Source: a virus (taxonomy: Duplodnaviria > Caudoviricetes). Taken from it: 64,000 nt of DNA. Below the pieces are notes generated by a model. That model saw only the letters and a list, made by a program, of their open reading frames with translations, was not told where the DNA came from and searched no databases. Shown one piece after another: positions 1-9,417 of the stretch. The translations under genes were made by a program, and so were the position numbers. Numbering within the stretch: the first letter of the stretch is position 1; each line of letters starts with the position of its first letter. Location: IMG/VR virus record IMGVR_UViG_3300047469_000103, positions 1 through 64,000 of that record. One strand, written 5' to 3'.

Positions 1-116
1 CGTCGAGCAAGGAGCCGTCGCCGATATCTTGTACCACCCCCAGCACGCCTGGGATGATGAATAACCTGTGATTTCTTCGGGGCTATTTCGGTAGCCCCAC
101 TTACCTTGGAGACTCT

Positions 117-1607
117 ATGCCAAAAGCGGTTGTAAAATCTAAAAAGCTCGATCTTTCCCCCAAGGCTGCGGCTGCGGAGAAAAAGAAGTTAGCGGTGGTA
201 AAAGCGTCCGGCCCGGTGTTCGATCCATATGCGAACCTCGAAGCAGAAATTGACGACATGGAGAAAAAGGTCGGACTGACCTCTATGTCTGTAAACGAAA
301 AAGAAGATCGCCTAGACACAGGTATGCTCTGCGTAAACCTGATGATGGCTGGCGGTTTGGTTGCTGGTGGTTGGTACACATTCTACGGCGAAGAACAATC
401 GTGTAAAACCACACTCGCTACAACGGTGATGGGTTCCATTATCCGTAAGCAAGATTTCCGTGGTAAAGCGTTTTTCTTCGACTACGAAGGTTCGTTCTCT
501 GCTGAGTACGCGAACCAGATGTGGAAATACAACGGCAACGGAAAAGCTGCACAAGCTGAAGAAGTTTTCGGCGTGCAGGATAAGGAAGGCAATTATATTG
601 TCCGTCCTCGCATCCGTTATTACGCTCCGGCTGTAGGTGAAGATTTCTTCGATGGTCTGGCAAAAGTTCTCAAGACTTTGCCGTCTGTTTTGCAGATTGA
701 TGGTGAATACTATTACATCTACGAAAACACGAAGTCGAATCAGAAACTCTGCAAGGGTTTGTACGACGCGAAGTATTTCAAGAAGTACAACAAATTCAAA
801 GTTCCGGCGCCGCATGGTTTGCCGCAAGCTGTGTTCCTTGTTGACTCTTACCCGGCTATGCTTTCCCGTCGCGCTGACGATAACGAGGAAGGTAAAGACG
901 GTCTGGCTTCGCAAGCGCGTATGTTTGCCGATGGCATCAAACGTGTTAAAGGCCGCATGAAAGAAAAACGCGTATTGGTATTGGGCATTAACCAATTGCG
1001 TGAAGTTCCAATGGCAATGTACGGGCCAGATAAAAAAGAGCCGTGCGGTACTGCACTACGATTCTTCGCAGATGCGCGTTTCCGTATGACTCCGGTTTCT
1101 ATCCCGCATGGCAAAGGCATGATGGAAGAAGAGCCGTCGCTTTCCGGCGAAGGTATCGACACCTATCGTTACATCAAATGTCACGCCTTCAAAAATAAAC
1201 TCGGTGGCCCACAAAAAGCGAACATGACAATGCGTCTGTACGTGGCTAACGAAAACGGCGAAGGTTTGGGTTTTGACCGGGTATGGGATTGCTACACATA
1301 CCTGAAAGAAACCGGCCAAGTTTCCGGCCAGCGTAACAAAATGAAATTCGCAGATGGCACACCGTTCAAAGGTAAAGTGCTGTCGTGGATGGAATTTAAA
1401 GCGATGGTAGACGGTAACAAAGAACTGATGTTGAAAGGCTGCAAGAAGTTGGGCCTCGATAAACCAGTTCGGATTTACGAATGGTGCCGCAAGCAAATTG
1501 AATCGGGTAAAGGCTACGATTTGTACCTCGACCAGATTAAAAACTCGCACACCAAAAAAGCCGCTAAAGCTGCCGCCACCGATAACGGTGAGGAAGACGC
1601 GGAATAA
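117..1607 (+). CDS. recA: RecA/UvsX-like recombinase
   Basis: RLDTG...GGL motif, Walker A variant YGEEQSCKTT, DYEGSF, Walker B VFLVDS, INQLRE, GTALRFFADAR; GGAG RBS upstream. Confidence 0.9.
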   Translation: MPKAVVKSKKLDLSPKAAAAEKKKLAVVKASGPVFDPYANLEAEIDDMEKKVGLTSMSVNEKEDRLDTGMLCVNLMMAGGLVAGGWYTFYGEEQSCKTTLATTVMGSIIRKQDFRGKAFFFDYEGSFSAEYANQMWKYNGNGKAAQAEEVFGVQDKEGNYIVRPRIRYYAPAVGEDFFDGLAKVLKTLPSVLQIDGEYYYIYENTKSNQKLCKGLYDAKYFKKYNKFKVPAPHGLPQAVFLVDSYPAMLSRRADDNEEGKDGLASQARMFADGIKRVKGRMKEKRVLVLGINQLREVPMAMYGPDKKEPCGTALRFFADARFRMTPVSIPHGKGMMEEEPSLSGEGIDTYRYIKCHAFKNKLGGPQKANMTMRLYVANENGEGLGFDRVWDCYTYLKETGQVSGQRNKMKFADGTPFKGKVLSWMEFKAMVDGNKELMLKGCKKLGLDKPVRIYEWCRKQIESGKGYDLYLDQIKNSHTKKAAKAAATDNGEEDAE

Positions 1608-1617
1608 GTTACATTGG

Positions 1618-1650
1618 ATAGGGTGCCCTCGTGGTGCCCTATTTCCATTT
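1618..1650 (+). terminator. Possible intrinsic terminator after recA
   Basis: ATAGGGTGCC-ctcgt-GGTGCCCTAT stem (two G-U pairs) followed by TTCCATTT. Confidence 0.4.
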
Positions 1651-1664
1651 ATGGGATATGGCAA

Positions 1665-1907
1665 ATGGCAAAAACTCAAACGTCTATATCCGGCTGCGTT
1701 ATCGCCATCATCGTATGCTTCGCGGTTATTTATCTGATGCGATACTTCGACGATGAAAGCGTTTACTTACGGGCGCATCCTAACTGTGTGTTGACCCACG
1801 AAAAAGCGCAGGCCGAAAGCTCTATGTGCGGCAAGCTCCATAAACCGAAGAACGAAAGAACTTACCAGTGCGGCACCGAAACCAAAATGTTTATCTCATG
1901 CTACTGA
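1665..1907 (+). CDS. Small membrane-anchored protein
   Basis: Hydrophobic N-terminal segment ISGCVIAIIVCFAVIYLM; start re-assigned to ATG 1665. Confidence 0.6.
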   Translation: MAKTQTSISGCVIAIIVCFAVIYLMRYFDDESVYLRAHPNCVLTHEKAQAESSMCGKLHKPKNERTYQCGTETKMFISCY

Positions 1908-1916
1908 GGAAATGTT

Positions 1917-2456
1917 ATGCCAGCCACTTACTACGCAATTGAAAAATGCGGACACGTTGATTTGCGTGCGTTCCGTTTGACCTTGCCTGAATTCTCCGAC
2001 GATGGATTTTATCGCAGTGTCACCAGCTATCAGGCTTATCGCGAAAGAGAAATTTACCGCGCATGGCCGCATCTGAAATTGAAAGGGCCAGCGGGTGCGC
2101 GAATTTGTGCGCCGCGTGATGATGTGGTTTGGTATCAATTGAAAGATCAGCAGGATTACGAAATGCTGATTGAAGGTTGGGCAACCACTTGCGATATCAT
2201 TGGTCGCGAAAAACCAGTGCCGAATCCTGACCCGAATGTTTGCCAGTTGAATAATTATTTCCTGCCATGCCAAAACATTACAGGCATGTTCGAATTCTAC
2301 AAAGCAATCGGGTACGAATATAAGAAGCAAAAGTATTTGCCCGAAAGTGAAGTGATGAAATTCAATGACGCTGAATATCGAACGGCTCAATTGAAAGTGG
2401 GCATTGAACGAATGAAGCGTGACAAGCGGCGTGTACTCCCGTCGGCCCCGGCTTGA
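1917..2456 (+). CDS. Hypothetical protein
   Basis: 179 aa ORF with GAGG RBS, operon-like spacing. Confidence 0.7.
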   Translation: MPATYYAIEKCGHVDLRAFRLTLPEFSDDGFYRSVTSYQAYREREIYRAWPHLKLKGPAGARICAPRDDVVWYQLKDQQDYEMLIEGWATTCDIIGREKPVPNPDPNVCQLNNYFLPCQNITGMFEFYKAIGYEYKKQKYLPESEVMKFNDAEYRTAQLKVGIERMKRDKRRVLPSAPA

Positions 2457-2576
2457 CAGGCTGGAGACACCTGTGCTAGAGCCTCCGCGCCCTGCCAGAC
2501 CCACGGCCCGCGTGGCCTGTAGGGGTGAAACGTCCTCTAAGCCGTAAGCTTGCGTAAGTCATTGATTCTAGGTAGA

Positions 2577-3143
2577 ATGTGCCGGCTGGGCGACGTTGCC
2601 TCAGTGCTACACACTCACAGGTTAGAGGAAGTTAGAAAAGCTTTCCTAATCAAACCAATAGAACGTATTACTGACGCTTCAAATAATAGGGATTGGTATA
2701 TGGATATCAATTATCGGATTTATCAACGGGCTGATTTCACTTGCCTGTCGATTATTTCCAATGGATGCGCAGATTCAATTGGTTACATTGCAGACCACAT
2801 TCCGCGTGCGGGGAGCATTACGGTTGTGGCTTCTGTGGGGGATGAAACGGTTGGCTATATTTTGGCTACCGGTTCGAATGACGGCGTTTATATCCACAAC
2901 GTTGTGACGCTTGAAAAATATCAGCGCCTCGGTGTGGCTACAAAAATGTTGGAGCAAATCGACTTACTCATTGAACGCAAGGAATGTAACTTTCCCATCA
3001 TGCTACACGCGATGGAAAAGAATATAGGTGCAGTATTGTGCTATCGGAAATCGGGTTATCATGTAAGCGTTCGGATTCCAAACCATCCGGCGATGTACGA
3101 ATACATGTTAGTCATGCGAAAGAACCGAAAGCGCGAATGGTAA
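2577..3143 (+). CDS. GNAT (RimI-like) acetyltransferase
   Basis: HNVVTLEKYQRLGVATKML acetyl-CoA binding motif A and NIGAVLCYRKSGY motif B; start uncertain. Confidence 0.8.
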   Translation: MCRLGDVASVLHTHRLEEVRKAFLIKPIERITDASNNRDWYMDINYRIYQRADFTCLSIISNGCADSIGYIADHIPRAGSITVVASVGDETVGYILATGSNDGVYIHNVVTLEKYQRLGVATKMLEQIDLLIERKECNFPIMLHAMEKNIGAVLCYRKSGYHVSVRIPNHPAMYEYMLVMRKNRKREW

Positions 3144-3185
3144 TTTCATATTACCGGGCCGATTTTTGGCCTATCCTACGTTTAA

Positions 3186-4430
3186 ATGAGGAAACAACCC
3201 GTGTTTGACGAAATCCTTGACGCCCTCAGTGCGTATGAAGAAGGCATGGCAGAAAACCAACTGCGCACGCCAACAGCAATTGCAGCAAAGCTTACAGAAG
3301 TTTCCAACAAAGCCATCATCCTTATGAATGGTGGTTCCCTTCCCTCGGGCACAAAGTCGTGGGTTTCGCGCATTAACAAGTGGGCGAAAGAAACGGCGGA
3401 AGGTCTGCGCAATAAACAGTTCAAGAACTTGACTGAAATCCGCGTAATCTCCAAGGAACAATTGGGTGTTATGCACGCTGGTTTGCGCCAAGCAATTAAC
3501 GGCGGTGTTTCTGCTGCTAACAAAGAAGCAGTGCGCACCACGTTCGAAGCGGACGAAGACAAGCAGGAAGAAATCGAACGTTTGATCGAAGCATTCGATC
3601 CGGGTTCGACAAAGATCATGGGCATTCAAATTGAGCCGACTAAAATCGACCTCGACGTGATGCGCTTCCTGAGCTTGAATTTCACTGTATCTCAATTGCG
3701 GTCGATTCGACCGTACCTCCCGCTTGAAGCAGGACAAACCAAACCTAAACGCGATCCAGACTGCGTGTGGAACCGCACGACCTATCTGGAAATTCGCGAA
3801 GCGCTTGATCCGCAACACAAGGCTAAAGCTTCCGGCCTGAAACGCGAACTCGTGAAAAAACACGATGACGAATACGCTGCACTTTCCGAGTCTTACAAAG
3901 ATTTGAATCGTCGCCTGCCCCGTTCGATTCAACACGCGTTCACTGCTGTTCGTTTTCCTGTTGTGCCAGTGTTTAAAGACATTGCCGTATACAAGAATCC
4001 GCGCAAACTGGAAAACGCCGATTTGCAAGTTACACGCATTGGCGATCACTTCCTCGTTTTGGAAAACCAAGTGCTTCTTTGTGTCGAGCTTTCAAAGATT
4101 GGCATTAAAGATTCGCTGCGTTTGACCAAAGACAAGCAGCGTATGAAATCTGTAAAGAACTCAGACGAACTGAATGACGCCATCACTGATATCATTGGTG
4201 AAATCAATGTGGCTGCAAAACGTTCGGGTACGAAGTTGGTTATGGCATCTGACACGATTGTTCGTAATCCGAATAATCCGGGTATTGCCCTTGTTTGGCT
4301 AATCACGGAACACAGCCGCAGAATGCTGGCCGAGACGCTGAATAATACTCAAGTCACGTGGGATATCCCGCGCCACAACATCGAAGCGCCGCGTTTAAGC
4401 ACGCGTCCGACTCCGGCTCGTACTAAGTGA
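3186..4430 (+). CDS. Hypothetical protein
   Basis: 414 aa ORF with phage-like codon usage; overlaps next gene by 4 nt. Confidence 0.75.
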   Translation: MRKQPVFDEILDALSAYEEGMAENQLRTPTAIAAKLTEVSNKAIILMNGGSLPSGTKSWVSRINKWAKETAEGLRNKQFKNLTEIRVISKEQLGVMHAGLRQAINGGVSAANKEAVRTTFEADEDKQEEIERLIEAFDPGSTKIMGIQIEPTKIDLDVMRFLSLNFTVSQLRSIRPYLPLEAGQTKPKRDPDCVWNRTTYLEIREALDPQHKAKASGLKRELVKKHDDEYAALSESYKDLNRRLPRSIQHAFTAVRFPVVPVFKDIAVYKNPRKLENADLQVTRIGDHFLVLENQVLLCVELSKIGIKDSLRLTKDKQRMKSVKNSDELNDAITDIIGEINVAAKRSGTKLVMASDTIVRNPNNPGIALVWLITEHSRRMLAETLNNTQVTWDIPRHNIEAPRLSTRPTPARTK

Positions 4431-4936
4431 CAGAGTTTTACAAGGAAGGGGATTGTACGATTTGTGAGAAGTGGTTTGCTTTGTTGCACTGGCACCACAC
4501 AATTCCACAATCGCTTGGCGGAAAGAATAGCCTGCAAATCCCCCTCTGCGCACAATGTCACAATTTGCTACATGCGCATTCACTTGCCATCGTAGCAAGA
4601 AAAAAGACAGGTCGGAAATCGAACAAGAAGTTTTGGTCAACTCCGACTATGGAACACAATGCAGGCCCGTATCTACAGATATTGGTCGAGGCGATTTTGT
4701 CTGACGAAGCCGTTGTTGGGAAACAATACGTCATGCAATTCAAAGCGCCCCCTGCATTGCACACAGCACTGCAACTGTTTAAAGCGGACAGGAATGTAAG
4801 CTCGCTCGAAAAAGCGATGCTACTTGCGATCAGTGAAACTTTGAGAACTAGGGGCTATTTGGAAGATGAGCATTCAAAAGGGAATCAACAGCAAGGTAAA
4901 AATGGCACTCAAAGAGGTGTCGCCAAGCTGTGGTGA
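4427..4936 (+). CDS. HNH endonuclease with C-terminal extension
   Basis: CTIC...HWHHTIPQSLGG...LCAQCHNLLH; GTG start. Confidence 0.8.
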   Translation: MTEFYKEGDCTICEKWFALLHWHHTIPQSLGGKNSLQIPLCAQCHNLLHAHSLAIVARKKTGRKSNKKFWSTPTMEHNAGPYLQILVEAILSDEAVVGKQYVMQFKAPPALHTALQLFKADRNVSSLEKAMLLAISETLRTRGYLEDEHSKGNQQQGKNGTQRGVAKLW

Positions 4937-5717
4937 TTGCAGTGGATTCGAATGTGAAATTCTTATTGAGGGTAATAAGAAAGTTTGTGCAAAGCTGGAT
5001 AAAACAAAGGCTTCAAAACCTTGCCAGCAGTTCATTCCAAATGTAAAAGAAGTTGGTAATCTCGGGGCCGCTAAGCTGGAAGCGCTGGCCGACCTCGTGC
5101 GTGACATGCCTGATAACGCTTTAAGGGCAATGGGTATTTTGTTCTTCAACGAAGCCCGCACACGCAAACAGAAAATGACAGTGATGCAGAAAGTTTTTGT
5201 GCGTTACCGTGGGGCCGGTAATCGCAATTACATTTCGAACTTTATGCAGGCGTTTGTCCTGTACGCAAATCCGAAACACTACAAGCTGATTTCTGCCGAT
5301 GGTCGCTGCGTGCTGACCTACGGTGAGAACTGCCGTCCAGTGATTCACACCGAGGAAGAGTTTGCAGTTATGCACGCGGCAATGCTGCGTAAAGGCGCTC
5401 TGGTTGACCCTGACACCGAAACACTAATCACCCGTCGTTTCCGCTGTGAAGAAGAGTACGATTTGAATCTGGTGGATTGCACGCCGACCGGCGCCGTTTC
5501 TACCATTGACGATGTATTCGCTGGTAACAGCATTCGCAAGGCCCGCAAAGCCGGTCTGCCGAACCTGATTGAATTGGTTGCGGAAGCCGCTGAAGGCTAC
5601 AGCGTAGACAAGCCGTCGAACTTTGTTGAGCGTGATGTTAAACGCGACAAGGGCGATAAAGAGAAAGTGAAAAAAGGCGATGTGATTGTGCGTGTACGTG
5701 GCGGGGGTGCAAAATAA
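4902..5717 (+). CDS. Hypothetical protein with Cys-rich N-terminus
   Basis: CGDCSGFEC...C...C; start re-assigned to ATG 4902. Confidence 0.7.
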   Translation: MALKEVSPSCGDCSGFECEILIEGNKKVCAKLDKTKASKPCQQFIPNVKEVGNLGAAKLEALADLVRDMPDNALRAMGILFFNEARTRKQKMTVMQKVFVRYRGAGNRNYISNFMQAFVLYANPKHYKLISADGRCVLTYGENCRPVIHTEEEFAVMHAAMLRKGALVDPDTETLITRRFRCEEEYDLNLVDCTPTGAVSTIDDVFAGNSIRKARKAGLPNLIELVAEAAEGYSVDKPSNFVERDVKRDKGDKEKVKKGDVIVRVRGGGAK

Positions 5718-6826
5718 TGTTGGTGAAATACATTTCGCAAATCGGAATTGATCCTCACACCCAAGACGGGGCGCGCTTAATTGAGGAATGTATTCTGTGT
5801 CTGGCCGGTGTAAATACTGCCTTTCAATTTCAGGCCAACGTTAAGTCGATTGACCTCAAGCCTACGGGCATGAGCGGCAAAGACTTGCGATTGAAATTGT
5901 TGGAAAAAAGTTACCTTACGTTGAACGTGAAATACGCAGCCCTGTTCCTGTCGTTCATGCCGAACAATGCGGACACTTATGTAAAGCTGCAAGCGTATCT
6001 CGGCGCCGCTGACATTATCGCCATGCGTGAAGTGTTCGCCCGTCGCACTGTTAAAAATCGCGTCAAGCAATACGCCGTAGCGCGTGGCCTGACGGTTTAC
6101 GACGTGACCTTCAAAGCGATGAAAGTCGATAAGCACAAGTTTGAAAGTTACGTCGCGAAAGTCGTGAAGCATATCAAAATGAAAGTCTACACAAAGTTGC
6201 GGTTTGTTGTGAAAGGCGAAAACGGGGCGCTGACGGATTTCAACGGCGACCTAACTTGCAAGGCTCTGCGTGCATACCACTCGCTGATCCCGACCAAGAA
6301 ACCAGAAGCGTACATTCTGAATTATTTGCGTAGCGCTGCAACGAACGAAACCAATAACCTGTGTGACAAGCACACGGCCACAAAGCGCCGCCGCATGGTC
6401 AACGCTGGCGCCGATGGTTTCGGTGGCAACAAATACGAATTGATTTGTCAGTCTGAAAATCAAACGCTGAAAGTGGATGATTCCGACAGCGAATTCGACC
6501 GCCTCATGGGCGAAGGTGCAGTGCATTCCGAACACGGCAGCATTGAATCTACAATCATGTATGAGCGCATCCTGAATAAATTCACGGGCCGCAAACGTAC
6601 CGCGCTGGAAATCATGGCCGGTTCGAATGACGACAAGTTTACTGATTATCTCGTGAAGAAAGGCAGCATCAAAGTTGGTGACGATCACGCGGATTTCCAA
6701 CGCCGTGTTTCGCACCTGACTTTCCTTAATGCTCTGGCTTCCTACCTCGGCGTTATTCGCGAAGCGTTTATGCGCTTTGTTCAAAACGTGGGTAGCACAT
6801 TGATCGCGCACAAGGAGTACGCTTGA
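5717..6826 (+). CDS. Hypothetical protein, candidate divergent RNA polymerase sigma factor
   Basis: Region-2-like segment DLTCKALRAYHSL...YILNYLRSAATNETNNL and region-4-like ILNKFTGRKRTALEIMAG. Confidence 0.4.
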   Translation: MLVKYISQIGIDPHTQDGARLIEECILCLAGVNTAFQFQANVKSIDLKPTGMSGKDLRLKLLEKSYLTLNVKYAALFLSFMPNNADTYVKLQAYLGAADIIAMREVFARRTVKNRVKQYAVARGLTVYDVTFKAMKVDKHKFESYVAKVVKHIKMKVYTKLRFVVKGENGALTDFNGDLTCKALRAYHSLIPTKKPEAYILNYLRSAATNETNNLCDKHTATKRRRMVNAGADGFGGNKYELICQSENQTLKVDDSDSEFDRLMGEGAVHSEHGSIESTIMYERILNKFTGRKRTALEIMAGSNDDKFTDYLVKKGSIKVGDDHADFQRRVSHLTFLNALASYLGVIREAFMRFVQNVGSTLIAHKEYA

Positions 6827-7194
6827 TGGAAGTCAAAGCCCGTGAACCGGCACTGATCGACCGAGAGTCGAAAGCTTTTTCGCTGTGGAAAGTTGAGGCT
6901 ACCGAGTCCTATAAGCGGCACGTCATGGTTGAACTTTACAACCTGATAAAAGTGCAGCAGAACCAAACTGACGTGCGTCTATTTTCTGACTTAAAGCACA
7001 CCTGTTACAACGTCACTCGGGTTGAATTTGATTGCGCGCTCGCGTCTCTGCAATTGCTGGATATCGTCGGGATTCATCCGGCGCCAGTGAACGGCGAAAG
7101 CGTGCCATGCCATATCAATCTGAAACGCCGCAAAACGCAGGCGTGGAGAAAGTATTTAAAAGAGATTCAGAAAAATCAACCGGACGCCCGTTAG
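6823..7194 (+). CDS. Hypothetical protein
   Basis: 123 aa ORF translationally coupled to upstream gene (TTGATG). Confidence 0.65.
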   Translation: MMEVKAREPALIDRESKAFSLWKVEATESYKRHVMVELYNLIKVQQNQTDVRLFSDLKHTCYNVTRVEFDCALASLQLLDIVGIHPAPVNGESVPCHINLKRRKTQAWRKYLKEIQKNQPDAR

Positions 7195-7205
7195 CAGGTA
7201 AGTAA

Positions 7206-8681
7206 ATGCAGATTCACAGTCAAACTGCGGAACTAAGGGCGTTGCTAACAGTAACGACCAAAAAGATTCCAGAAGACCAGCGGACTCTGTGGCTCGGCAA
7301 ACTTAATAAAGACCTCTTTCATACGCCAGTGATGCGAAAAGCTTTCGAGCGGATTTCAAAGCTGGCTAAAAAGCGGTTCAAGATTATTAGCTGGAAGAGT
7401 TTGCTAGAAGACCCCAGCCTTGACGAAGACATTCGCGATCTACTCGCAGAAACACGGGAAAAACCGTGTGCGAAAAAATCGCAGATGCGTGAAACTTTAG
7501 AGACTCTTGAAGAGTTTCGAAAGATTCGGATCATGCGTGATGTTGCATTGAAAATTGTGGAGACGCTGGAACAACCGGCAGTCGAAGCAGAAGCATTGCT
7601 GTTGGACATTACGCAACAGATCACAAGGGCTAACGCTGCGAAGCAACAAGATGCGTTTTTCCTGCACTTCGGTGCGGACAGCAACAGTCAGGAAATCATC
7701 GACGCAATTTGTCGAAACGAAACGCTACCACGTATCAAAACCGGCTACACGGAATACGACAAAACTAACGGCGGTTTCCCCGACAGTGGTGTGGTAATTC
7801 TGGCCGGTACAACATCCGGTGGTAAATCCACTATCGCGATGAACATCTGTCGTCACATGTATCTTGAAAACAACATGAGCACTTTCCGAATCACTTTGGA
7901 AATGCAGGAAATTCAAGAAACGCAACGTCTCATGTCGCACATGACCGGAATTCCGCTCAAGCGATTTAAGCACGCCAAGTTGACGATGGAAGACAAACGG
8001 AAAATCCTGAAGGCAAATGAAAAGCTTCGGGCGCACGGTAAAAAGCACGGCATTAACTACACGACGCACAGCCCGAAAGGCGGTCTGTCGATGGCTGAAG
8101 CTTTGCAACTTGCCAAGCCGTTTGGTTACAAGGTTATCGTAATCGACTACGTTGGTTTGTTGACTGAAGAAGCAGGCGCAGACCAGTGGCGTTCGTTGAT
8201 GGACGCTGCACGTATGGCGAAGAACTACACACAAGAAACCGGCGCGCTGGTAATCCTGCTTGCACAGTTGGATGACGAAAGCGAAAAACTGCGATATTCG
8301 AAAGGTATGAAAGAACACGCCGACGTACTCTGGCAGTGGAACTATTCCAAAGCAGAACAGCGTGAACTGAAAGTAATTCCCGTGGTTGTTTCTAAAGACC
8401 GTGACGGCGAATTGATGGCCTTCGAACTTGAAGAAGATTTCGCAACTATGACAGCGCGTAACCCCGGCGAGAAATCAATGGATGGTGGCGGTGGAGGCAA
8501 CCTTGAGTTCGACGACGAAACAGAAAATGAAAGCGGGCCTAAAAAGCTCAAGAAAAAGAAAACCAAGGGAATCGGTCGAGACGAAATCATCACAGACCTT
8601 AAACCTTCCCTTAAAAAGAAAAAGAAAACAGGCAAAACCAAACTTCTCCGTTCTGATGATGGGCCACCCGCCCTCTCCTGA
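7206..8681 (+). CDS. dnaB: DnaB-like replicative helicase
   Basis: VILAGTTSGGKST Walker A, TLEM, VIDYVGLL Walker B, LAQL, KDRDG. Confidence 0.92.
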   Translation: MQIHSQTAELRALLTVTTKKIPEDQRTLWLGKLNKDLFHTPVMRKAFERISKLAKKRFKIISWKSLLEDPSLDEDIRDLLAETREKPCAKKSQMRETLETLEEFRKIRIMRDVALKIVETLEQPAVEAEALLLDITQQITRANAAKQQDAFFLHFGADSNSQEIIDAICRNETLPRIKTGYTEYDKTNGGFPDSGVVILAGTTSGGKSTIAMNICRHMYLENNMSTFRITLEMQEIQETQRLMSHMTGIPLKRFKHAKLTMEDKRKILKANEKLRAHGKKHGINYTTHSPKGGLSMAEALQLAKPFGYKVIVIDYVGLLTEEAGADQWRSLMDAARMAKNYTQETGALVILLAQLDDESEKLRYSKGMKEHADVLWQWNYSKAEQRELKVIPVVVSKDRDGELMAFELEEDFATMTARNPGEKSMDGGGGGNLEFDDETENESGPKKLKKKKTKGIGRDEIITDLKPSLKKKKKTGKTKLLRSDDGPPALS

Positions 8682-9417
8682 AATACCGTTAACGCGGAAC
8701 GAGCAGATTGAATTAATTGCAGGAAATACTCGTGTGGATAGCGGCGACGTTATCCCCACGCAGGATATTTTCTACGTCGATCATCAAGCGGTGCCCGACG
8801 GTGTTTTCTTTGCTGATCCAACGATACCGGGATGGCGCTATGCGGATAGCGTCACCATGTCGATTCCTGAGACGCGAACAGAATCACCGCGTCACGAAGG
8901 AATTAATTACTACGACGAAGTTGAAATGCCGCTGGGGATGAATGAGGTAGAAGTACCTGATTCCGAACTGGCGGAATTTAACGATACGTTGTCTGGAAAA
9001 ATCCCGGCGTTTAAAAAGTTGTTCTATTCCAGTGCGGCTACGCTTAGTGCGTTAGACGATGCAGCGGAATACGTGGAGGCTGCCCTTCGGGACGGCCTCG
9101 ACATTGACTTGGAAATGGACGGTGCGCTGCTTAGCGCATTCGTTCCAGTCTCACGGTTGGATGCGATTGCAACAATTGTGAAAAACACAAATTTGAGTCC
9201 GGCACTACAAGATGCCTACCTCATGAAAATGACTGAGCTTATTGCAGAAAAAACAATGGATGCCATGCAGAAACATGACATGGGCGTTGTTGCAAGAAGA
9301 CAAATCGAAGTATTACGGGAAGCAAATCATGCAAGAATTCGACCAGAAAAAGGCGGCACTCCGCTGCAACCTTCGCCCGCAACTTCACAGTGGGGCGTCA
9401 CAGGTACTCGACGATGA
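8656..9417 (+). CDS. Hypothetical protein, possible terminase small subunit
   Basis: Directly upstream of and overlapping TerL; start re-assigned to ATG 8656/8659; positional inference only. Confidence 0.4.
   Translation: MMGHPPSPEIPLTRNEQIELIAGNTRVDSGDVIPTQDIFYVDHQAVPDGVFFADPTIPGWRYADSVTMSIPETRTESPRHEGINYYDEVEMPLGMNEVEVPDSELAEFNDTLSGKIPAFKKLFYSSAATLSALDDAAEYVEAALRDGLDIDLEMDGALLSAFVPVSRLDAIATIVKNTNLSPALQDAYLMKMTELIAEKTMDAMQKHDMGVVARRQIEVLREANHARIRPEKGGTPLQPSPATSQWGVTGTRR

Noticed and set aside
7206-7240. DnaB start MQIHSQTA as another packaging leader
   Set aside because: Lacks the hydrophobic position 5 and the A-x-A pattern; probably chance
8520-8640. Eukaryotic nuclear localisation signals or eukaryotic origin (poly-Lys tails, collagens)
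   Set aside because: Shine-Dalgarno sites, coupled operons, intrinsic terminators and myovirus baseplate genes indicate a bacteriophage
8482-8655. N-terminal extension of the 8482 ORF
   Set aside because: It overlaps the helicase tail for 200 nt in another frame; ATG 8656/8659 is more plausible
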